Positions 57,560 to 64,000 of a stretch of 64,000 nt of DNA are shown piece after piece. The notes under the pieces are model-generated. The model saw only the letters and a program-made list of their open reading frames with translations, made no database searches and had not been told where the DNA came from. The stretch spans positions 960,001 to 1,024,000 of the forward strand of contig CAVOYH010000003.1 in the NCBI GenBank assembly GCA_963700635.1, given 5' to 3'. Each line of letters begins with the position of its first letter. Positions within the stretch are counted from its first letter, which is position 1. A program made the translations under genes and the position numbers. This DNA comes from an uncultured Bacteroidota bacterium (GTDB taxonomy: Bacteria; Bacteroidota; Ignavibacteria; UBA10030; UBA6906).

Positions 57560-58182
57560 AACAGCGATTTGCGGTGAGTATCGTTTTTGCAGCGGTGGTA
57601 ATGCTTGCGGGGAGCCCATTGGTTGCCCAGGAAAAGGCGGCAGATCATCACCCCCCGACTCAGGCGCAGATGGATGAAATGACGAAAAAGTGGCAGGAGG
57701 CAATGACGCCCGGGGCGCCTCACAAGCTGCTTGAAAGTATGGCGGGTGACTGGGCCAGCGAAACGAAGGTCTGGATGGAAGGTCCGGATGCGCCCCCCAT
57801 GGTCACGAAAGGGAGCTCCACCATGAAAATGGTGCTGGGGGGAAGATTCCTGCTGCAGGACATGGACGGGGAGATGATGGGGATGCCCATGAAGGGGATA
57901 GGATACACCGGTTACGACAACTTCAAGAAGAAATTTGTCGGTTTCTGGATTGACGATGCCGGGACTGGGATGTACACGATGGAGGGGGTTGCGAACGGCG
58001 ACAACACGGTGTTAACGTTTATGGGCACGATGGACGACGTGATGACCGGTGAGAAGAACAAGCCGGTCAAATACGTCACCCGGATCCTCGGCAAAGACAA
58101 ACACATCTTCGAGATCCACGACATGACGAAAAAAGGGAAGGACACGAAGGTGATGGAAGCAGTATATGAGAGGAAGAAGTGA
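57556..58182 (+). CDS. DUF1579 family exported protein
   Basis: Signal peptide, TPGAPHKLL...G.W, LGGRFL and GYDNFKKKFVGFWID. Confidence 0.85.
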   Translation: MKQRFAVSIVFAAVVMLAGSPLVAQEKAADHHPPTQAQMDEMTKKWQEAMTPGAPHKLLESMAGDWASETKVWMEGPDAPPMVTKGSSTMKMVLGGRFLLQDMDGEMMGMPMKGIGYTGYDNFKKKFVGFWIDDAGTGMYTMEGVANGDNTVLTFMGTMDDVMTGEKNKPVKYVTRILGKDKHIFEIHDMTKKGKDTKVMEAVYERKK

Positions 58183-58234
58183 CGGAGGGGGTTTCTGCGC
58201 TGCGGATCACATTCTCGAAGTCAATCAGTAATGA

Positions 58235-58270
58235 ACGTGCGGCGCCCGATAGGGCGCCGCGTGTGTTTTT
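58235..58270 (+). terminator. Rho-independent terminator closing the polB2/DUF1579 unit
   Basis: Stem GCGGCGCCC-GATA-GGGCGCCGC (GNRA loop) followed by GTGTGTTTTT. Confidence 0.75.
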
Positions 58271-58328
58271 GCTGGAAAAAAACGTTAACAGTACATCTCA
58301 CAGAATACCACAGACACTCTTCACTCTG

Positions 58329-58357
58329 TTGACTAAGGGCGCAGGGTCATGTATATT
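58329..58357 (+). promoter_or_regulatory. sigma70 promoter TTGACT-N17-TATATT of the NYN gene
   Basis: Near-consensus hexamers with an extended -10 TG-like context, about 108 nt upstream of the ATG. Confidence 0.7.
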
Positions 58358-58380
58358 CTTACGCATACCCAAAAAACAGA

Positions 58381-58435
58381 GACGGCTCCAGGATCACTCC
58401 AGGAGCCGTCGGACCGGCGCTACTAACGCCGGTGC
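58381..58435 (+). ncRNA. Candidate structured leader RNA (two adjacent hairpins) upstream of the NYN nuclease
   Basis: GACGGCTCC-A-GGA-TCAC-TCC-A-GGAGCCGTC and ACCGGCG-CTACTAA-CGCCGGT. No U-tract. Function unknown. Confidence 0.4.
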
Positions 58436-58465
58436 TGTAACGCTTCACCTACAATATATTATCGA

Positions 58466-59107
58466 ATGACCCCAAAGTCAAGCACACGTACCACACGCAA
58501 ACGAGTTGTCGCCTATATCGACGGCTTTAATCTCTATTTCGGCCTGAAATCCGCCGGATGGAGGAGGTTCTACTGGCTGAATGTCCAGCTTCTGGCCCGA
58601 CACCTTGTCAAAGCCGGCCAGGATCTGGTCTTTACCAAGTATTTTACAAGCCGTGTGCCTTTCCCCGCCGACAAAGAGCGGAGACAATCCACGTTCCTGG
58701 AGGCGCTGGAAACCCTGAGCGACCTTCGTATCTACTACGGACACTACCAGAATAACCTGCAGCGGTGCCACAAATGTGGCCACAAAGTTTGGATTCCCAA
58801 CGAAAAAATGACGGATGTGAATATTGCCGTGGAGATGATGTCAGACGCGTATCAGAACCGCTTTGACGTGGCACTCCTGATTTCCGCTGACAGCGATCTC
58901 TCCGCGCCCGTGCTGGCAATCAAGGATCTCTTTCCGGAAAAACGTGTCATTGTCGCATTTCCGCCCCAGCGCCACTCCGCCCAGCTCCAACGATTGGCGC
59001 ACGGCTATCTCCAGATCGGACGGGCAAGCATGGCCCAGAGCCTCTTCCCGGACAAGGTGCCCAAGCCCGATGGTTTCGTCCTGAAAAGACCAGCAGAATG
59101 GAGGTAG
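58466..59107 (+). CDS. NYN-domain (LabA/DUF88, PIN-like) putative ribonuclease with CxxC insert
   Basis: YIDGFNLYFG, KYFTS, CHKC, EKMTDVNIA and LISADSDL with the acidic active-site residues intact. Confidence 0.9.
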   Translation: MTPKSSTRTTRKRVVAYIDGFNLYFGLKSAGWRRFYWLNVQLLARHLVKAGQDLVFTKYFTSRVPFPADKERRQSTFLEALETLSDLRIYYGHYQNNLQRCHKCGHKVWIPNEKMTDVNIAVEMMSDAYQNRFDVALLISADSDLSAPVLAIKDLFPEKRVIVAFPPQRHSAQLQRLAHGYLQIGRASMAQSLFPDKVPKPDGFVLKRPAEWR

Positions 59108-59205
59108 GATCTCCGATACAGATTTTTCCCTTCTCAGTATTCCGGTGGTAGATCTGAATTGATTTCGCGTGGAATCCGCTCACAAATCATCAGGAGGACC
59201 ATCGT

Positions 59206-59625
59206 ATGGATAAGCATCTGAATCTTGTCGGCATCTTGAATATCGTCTATCGAAGTCTCCTCCTCTTTGCGGCCTTCTTCCTCCTTCTGCTTGCCGCAAC
59301 ATTCGGCAACATCTTCGAATGGCTGATCCGCATACGCGCCATATCACCCCATGATATTCCGTTCGAATTGTTGGACATCGTGCCGGTAATCCTCGCCGCC
59401 GTGGCCACGATCATGCTTGTCGTTTCCATCGCGGCAATTGTCGGGTCCATCGGTGTGCTGAAGAAGAAAGAGTGGGGGAGGATTCTCCTCATTGTGATCT
59501 CATTCCTCAACCTGATGCGGATCCCCTTTGGCACCGCCCTGGGAATCTACAGCATCTGGGTGCTGATGAACGATGAAACCATCAAGGCGTTCAAACATCC
59601 TCCGGCACCGGGGTCTTCAACCTGA
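59206..59625 (+). CDS. Hypothetical membrane protein
   Basis: SD AGGAGG, 3-4 TM segments and the WGRI...IPFGTALGIYSIWVL motif. Confidence 0.75.
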   Translation: MDKHLNLVGILNIVYRSLLLFAAFFLLLLAATFGNIFEWLIRIRAISPHDIPFELLDIVPVILAAVATIMLVVSIAAIVGSIGVLKKKEWGRILLIVISFLNLMRIPFGTALGIYSIWVLMNDETIKAFKHPPAPGSST

Positions 59626-59779
59626 ACTGCCGGCAGTAGCGTGCACCTGCGAAGGGACACTGTCATCCGGTCGGGAGCGATAGTGCGGGGCGCACGCCAC
59701 AGCAGCGTGCCCATAGTGCAGAGTGTCATACATCGTTGAAGGGTAAATCGAATTCCAACACACCCAACAGGAGGATCAG

Positions 59780-60496
59780 ATGAAACTGACAGCGATACTC
59801 AGTGCGGTCGTTGCGGTCATTCTTGGTGTGACGACCTGGTACTTTTCGCAATCGGCTTCGCAATTGGAAAAGGAAAGGGACGGTCTAAAAGATGCGGCAG
59901 AGGAATTGCAGGTGCGTGTGACAAACCTTGATCAGGAAAAGGCCACTCTCACGAATCGCCTCGAAGAACAAGTCGCAAATATCTCCAAAGCAAAACAACA
60001 GGAGATTGAGCAGCTTAAGGCCACGTATGATACGTTGATGGCAGACATGAAGGCGGAGGTCGAACAGGGACAGGTGACGATCACCAAGCTCGCGGACCGG
60101 CTTTCCGTCAGCATGGTGGACCGTATACTCTTTCCCTCGGGTGAGGCCGAGATCAGCACTGCCGGACTCAAGGTGCTTCAGCGTGTGGGCAATGTGCTCA
60201 AGAACGCAGAGAAGAAAGTCATCCGGGTTGAAGGGCACACTGACAACATTCCGATCAGCGGCAAGCTGGCTGACAGGTTCCCCACAAACTGGGAACTCTC
60301 GACGGCACGCGCTTCAAACGTCGTGCGTTTCCTTCAGGAGAAAGTAACGATTGACCCCGCGCGGCTGGAAGCCGTAGGGTTGTCCGAGTTTCATCCGGTC
60401 GCGGGAAATAAGACACCACAGGGCCGCAGCCAGAACCGGCGTATAGAGATCGCACTCCTACCGGATCTGCGGGAGTTGCCAAAGGTGGAAAAATGA
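59780..60496 (+). CDS. OmpA/MotB-family peptidoglycan-binding protein with coiled coil
   Basis: N-terminal TM, coiled coil, ILFPSG, VEGHTDN, NWELSTARA and GRSQNRRIEI. Confidence 0.9.
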   Translation: MKLTAILSAVVAVILGVTTWYFSQSASQLEKERDGLKDAAEELQVRVTNLDQEKATLTNRLEEQVANISKAKQQEIEQLKATYDTLMADMKAEVEQGQVTITKLADRLSVSMVDRILFPSGEAEISTAGLKVLQRVGNVLKNAEKKVIRVEGHTDNIPISGKLADRFPTNWELSTARASNVVRFLQEKVTIDPARLEAVGLSEFHPVAGNKTPQGRSQNRRIEIALLPDLRELPKVEK

Positions 60497-60876
60497 GAAT
60501 CAACCTGACAAGCGTTTTTGTAAACGATCAGGTGAAGGCACTGACATTCTATACGGAAATTCTGGGGTTCGTCAAGAAAACTGATATTTCGCTGGGGGAA
60601 TACAAGTGGTTGACAGTAATCTCACCCGAAGGGGCGGACGGCGTGGAATTGCTGCTGGAGCCGCTGGGTTTTCCCCCGGCAAAGGTCTACCAGAAAGCCC
60701 TCTTTGACGCCGGCATACCGGTCACGGCATTTGAATCCGTCGACATCCAGAAAGAGTATGAGCAACTGAAACACAAGGGGGTCGTGTTCAGATCAAAACC
60801 GGAGTCGATGGGACCGGTTACGGTGGCCGTGTTTGAAGATACGTGCGGGAACCTGCTACAGCTGGTGCAGCAATAG
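60493..60876 (+). CDS. VOC/glyoxalase family protein
   Basis: SVFV.DQ.KAL.FYT..LGF, WLTV and FEDTCGNLLQLVQ. Confidence 0.9.
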   Translation: MRINLTSVFVNDQVKALTFYTEILGFVKKTDISLGEYKWLTVISPEGADGVELLLEPLGFPPAKVYQKALFDAGIPVTAFESVDIQKEYEQLKHKGVVFRSKPESMGPVTVAVFEDTCGNLLQLVQQ

Positions 60877-60940
60877 CGCGGAACTCGTTTTGTGAGGATG
60901 CCTTTGCCGGTCTGCGACAGGATGGAACACGAAGCCCGGG

Positions 60941-62206
60941 CTAAAGCTCCTGCACTCTTGTCAGGTCCGACGGCACCCGCGGCGACGAAAGCAGCGCTGA
61001 GAAGATCTCCCAGCGCTGCTGCGGATTGTTGAGCGTTCCGCCCCGGGCTTCGATGTAACGCCGCACAAGATCCTGTCCGAGATTGTAGTTGATGACATAA
61101 CTTCTGTACACGTCAAAAAATGTTGTGCGTTGTACAGATCGCTCGGGCGACATGAGTGCGTAGTCCTGCAACCAGCGGGCAGCTTCTTCACGCGTGATCA
61201 CCCCATCCAGATATCGACGGGCTGCCTCGTTCCCCGCATAGGCCAGCCGTTGCGTGAGTCCGTGCACGCGATAATAGTGCTCTGCTTCCTCTGGCGGTAA
61301 CCCCGCCAGCGGAAAGAGCACCTCCTTCTCGAACTCCACCCTTGTACTCCCCGGGAAGGCCATTTCTATTCCGAAATTCGCCGTGCCCTCGGCAATAAGG
61401 GACTGCGGGCTGAAGAGAGCATAGACCGAATATTCCATCCACCCCCGCTCACGCACAAGGTGTTGCTCCAGCAGACTGTTGTACACATGATGTCCCGGAT
61501 ACCCCTCGTGACAGGCCAGATCCACAGCCCGGTCAATGGGGATCGGAAAATCCACGTTCATCTGGATCAGACTCCGTCCCTTTCCCTTGTACCAGTTGTA
61601 CCCGCTCCAGGGTTTTTCGGTGACATACTCAACACTAAAATCATCGCCGACAGGGAGCGAAAGATTCTTTTCCGTCCGCCGCCTTCCCTCGCTGATGGCG
61701 GCGGAGAACACACCGTCAAGCCGGTCCCGGGGGATCACGAACTGCTTTGTGTATTCCTGATAACGCACGGCAACGTCTCCGGTGCCCGGTAATATTTCTT
61801 CAACACCCTTCAGGAGAGATTCAAAATGCTCTTTCGGGTAGGATGGGGGTACCGCATCGTAGAGAGCGAGAGCCTCTTCGTCAAAGGTCCGCTTCACACC
61901 CTGCAGCATGGACACCCGTACAGAGAGTGATTCGGTTTGCCGCAGCAGGTACCGGTGGCGCAAAGTGACGATCTCTTCCTGATCGTGTAGGGGCAGTCCG
62001 AGAAGCGCGCCAACCAACGCTTCAGCCTGCGCCGCTATGATTTCCAGAGACGGGTGCTCACGTTCTACCTCTGCTTTCCATTCCGGCGGCCCGTAATAGG
62101 CGTCCACGTAATCAGGGTCGTGGAGTCCGACGGAAAGAACCAGACGCAGGTACTCTTCCGAGAGTTGGTCAAGCGGGGAGTTTTTCTCAGGAATCGGCAT
62201 GGGCAC
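60941..62206 (-). CDS. Hypothetical zincin-like metallopeptidase (DUF885-like)
   Basis: ACHEGYPGHH and IAEGTANF metal-binding-type motifs. Confidence 0.6.
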   Translation of the reverse strand: MPMPIPEKNSPLDQLSEEYLRLVLSVGLHDPDYVDAYYGPPEWKAEVEREHPSLEIIAAQAEALVGALLGLPLHDQEEIVTLRHRYLLRQTESLSVRVSMLQGVKRTFDEEALALYDAVPPSYPKEHFESLLKGVEEILPGTGDVAVRYQEYTKQFVIPRDRLDGVFSAAISEGRRRTEKNLSLPVGDDFSVEYVTEKPWSGYNWYKGKGRSLIQMNVDFPIPIDRAVDLACHEGYPGHHVYNSLLEQHLVRERGWMEYSVYALFSPQSLIAEGTANFGIEMAFPGSTRVEFEKEVLFPLAGLPPEEAEHYYRVHGLTQRLAYAGNEAARRYLDGVITREEAARWLQDYALMSPERSVQRTTFFDVYRSYVINYNLGQDLVRRYIEARGGTLNNPQQRWEIFSALLSSPRVPSDLTRVQEL

Positions 62207-62334
62207 CTGTTATCGGAAATATCATGGTATCATGGGAATGTGCATGAATGTGCGAACCGATTCACTAAAATGCAACGCCCCGGCTTCGATGACAACCACA
62301 CATCGGTGAGTACCTCATAAGCGAAACCCACTGC

Positions 62335-63801
62335 CTACCGCACATCATACCGGTGAAACCCCATTACCGCGCCGCCGAGTGCGAGAATCCCGAAGAGCGC
62401 CAGGACTCCCGCATCCACAAGTGATCCCTGCAGAATATCACCAAGTGGGGAACTGACCGGCACGTAACGGGGAAGATCACTTACGTCCAGTGTCCCGCGT
62501 TCACGGGGGGCACTGAATGAAAATCCCCGCTCGGTATCAACCGTAATTCTGAATCCGCCCGTGCCGCCGCTCTCCTTCTGCTTTCTGTCGACATGCTGCT
62601 TAAATTCTCCCCGGTATCTCTCCATCGATTCTTCCGTCACGTTCTTTATGCCGATGCCGGTGCGTGCGATCTCCATGGCGGCAAGCTGGTATGCTGCGGA
62701 GGGGGAGAAACGGGCGAACAGAAACGCAAGGTCTTCCTGCGTCGAACGCCGATTCCGGATGTCTTCCTGCAATCGGATGCCATACGCGTCAATATCGGAC
62801 TGGACCCGTTTTCGATCCGCGTCATCTTCTTCCATCCAGCTCCAGAGATGATCATCCCTGTACGCTTCCCGGGCCTCCCTGGTGAGACCGCGCATCCCTA
62901 CTTCGCGCGTGCGCCACCTCTCCGTCATCCCACTCAAGTGCTTCTCCCAACCGTCCTTGGCGTAGCCATCGCGCTGTGCGTCCACCTCCGCCACTGTGGG
63001 TACGGTGATAAATTGCTCCGCAGCCATAACGCCGAGTCGCGGAAGTATCAGGACCGTACTGACCCACACCACCAGACACGCCATAAACGACACGGCCGAA
63101 TGCCGGGTCCAGGCGGAGACGGTGATTCCGACAATCACCCAGACCGTGAAGAAGAGGAGGGAGACAGCAAGCAGGAGGCCGACCCTGAACCAGTCTTCCG
63201 GCGAAAGAGGGACGCCCGAGAGTGCAACGATCAGTATCCCCAGAGCGATCGGCACGGAAAGGGAAAGTAACAAGCCGCTCCAGATACCCGCCGCCTTGGC
63301 CAGTACATACGTCCTCCGGGGAACAGGACTTGCCATGGAGAGCTGTAATGTGCCGCTTTCCCGTTCACCGGATATGGCGTCATACGAAAAGAGTATGGCC
63401 ATTAACGAAAGCACAATCTGAACCAGGAACACAAAATCGAACGAGCGGAATACGGCGAAGATAGGGTCATCGGAGTAAACGCTGTGGGCCAGTTTTACCG
63501 GCGCTGTGCTGTTGATCGCGGAGAGCCGCCCGACGTCGTTGTGGACCCCGCTCACGAACACCAGCAGGGGATCGGGCGGACGGAGTGCGCGGTGATCAAG
63601 GCTCATCCAGCTTGAGGATTCCCGGAGCTGCTGCTCGGAGAGCTGCAGTGCGGTGGAGTACTGCTGCGCGCCCGCATGGTACTCCTGTATTCCCACCGCA
63701 AAGCTCATCAGGATGAGCACGACGACAACACCGAACGTGATGCTGAACTTCTGGCTTACCAGGATTGCGCGGAGTTCTCTGTTAAACACGGTTCTGAACA
63801 T
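62335..63801 (-). CDS. ABC-2 type permease with large extracytoplasmic loop (DUF3526-like)
   Basis: SYDAISGERESGTL, LAK, multiple TM segments and an F.RYDVR terminus. Start MFRTVFNREL with SD AGGAG. Confidence 0.8.
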   Translation of the reverse strand: MFRTVFNRELRAILVSQKFSITFGVVVVLILMSFAVGIQEYHAGAQQYSTALQLSEQQLRESSSWMSLDHRALRPPDPLLVFVSGVHNDVGRLSAINSTAPVKLAHSVYSDDPIFAVFRSFDFVFLVQIVLSLMAILFSYDAISGERESGTLQLSMASPVPRRTYVLAKAAGIWSGLLLSLSVPIALGILIVALSGVPLSPEDWFRVGLLLAVSLLFFTVWVIVGITVSAWTRHSAVSFMACLVVWVSTVLILPRLGVMAAEQFITVPTVAEVDAQRDGYAKDGWEKHLSGMTERWRTREVGMRGLTREAREAYRDDHLWSWMEEDDADRKRVQSDIDAYGIRLQEDIRNRRSTQEDLAFLFARFSPSAAYQLAAMEIARTGIGIKNVTEESMERYRGEFKQHVDRKQKESGGTGGFRITVDTERGFSFSAPRERGTLDVSDLPRYVPVSSPLGDILQGSLVDAGVLALFGILALGGAVMGFHRYDVR

Positions 63802-63811
63802 AAGTCCTCTC

Positions 63812-64000
63812 CTACCGTACGTCATACCGCAGGAAAGCCATAACGGCTCCTGCCATGAATACCAGGACAAACAGGGATAACACACCGGCCTCTATCATTA
63901 TCTTCCCTCCGACATCCGCGAGGGTGAGCGGGGAATACACAAACGCGGGGATCTCGTGCGGATTGATGACCGGGGGGGGCTTTCCATTCTCCTCCTCCAC
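63812..64000 (-). CDS. C-terminus of a paralogous ABC permease (partial at window edge)
   Basis: Ends in a TM plus FLRYDVR, like the downstream permease. Confidence 0.7.
   Translation of the reverse strand: MEEENGKPPPVINPHEIPAFVYSPLTLADVGGKIMIEAGVLSLFVLVFMAGAVMAFLRYDVR

Noticed and set aside
58421-58427. TACTAAC (yeast branch-point consensus) in the second hairpin loop
   Set aside because: A 7-mer is expected by chance in 64 kb, and there is no spliceosomal context in a bacterium.

Overview
Chromosomal window (GC-rich, roughly 55-60% by eye) from an FCB-group bacterium, most likely Ignavibacteria/Kryptonia-like. This is inferred from four proteins ending in the T9SS-type QN(Y/F)PNPFNP C-terminal domain together with canonical sigma70 TTGACA/TATAAT-like promoters. 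1-26 kb is mostly housekeeping and envelope genes (GT4, wecE, rluE, ABC exporter, thyA-folA, tricorn protease, pntA, glgP, HI0933 flavoprotein, SDR). 27-47 kb is a signalling island: a beta-propeller sensor kinase plus NarL-family regulator with a candidate operator in front of two tandem T9SS proteins, three intact and one internally deleted Hanks-type Ser/Thr kinase-TPR genes (two share a near-identical promoter and kinase N-lobe), a GAF-PP2C phosphatase, and a small protein with a poly-Pro linker and seven basic heptad repeats. 47-59 kb is a DNA-repair neighbourhood: a UvrD/PcrA-family helicase split into two ORFs by a homocysteine S-methyltransferase gene, DUF72, and a divergent archaeal-type iRadA-PPB2(arCOG07300-like)-PolB2 cassette whose promoter spacer holds a perfect 16-bp palindrome. 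An NYN nuclease gene with a two-hairpin 5' leader follows. Three single-base frameshifts suggest some sequencing/assembly indel error, so junction-based findings need read support. No rRNA, tRNA, CRISPR array, transposase or integrase was seen. All family assignments are from motif recognition by eye; no database searches were run.
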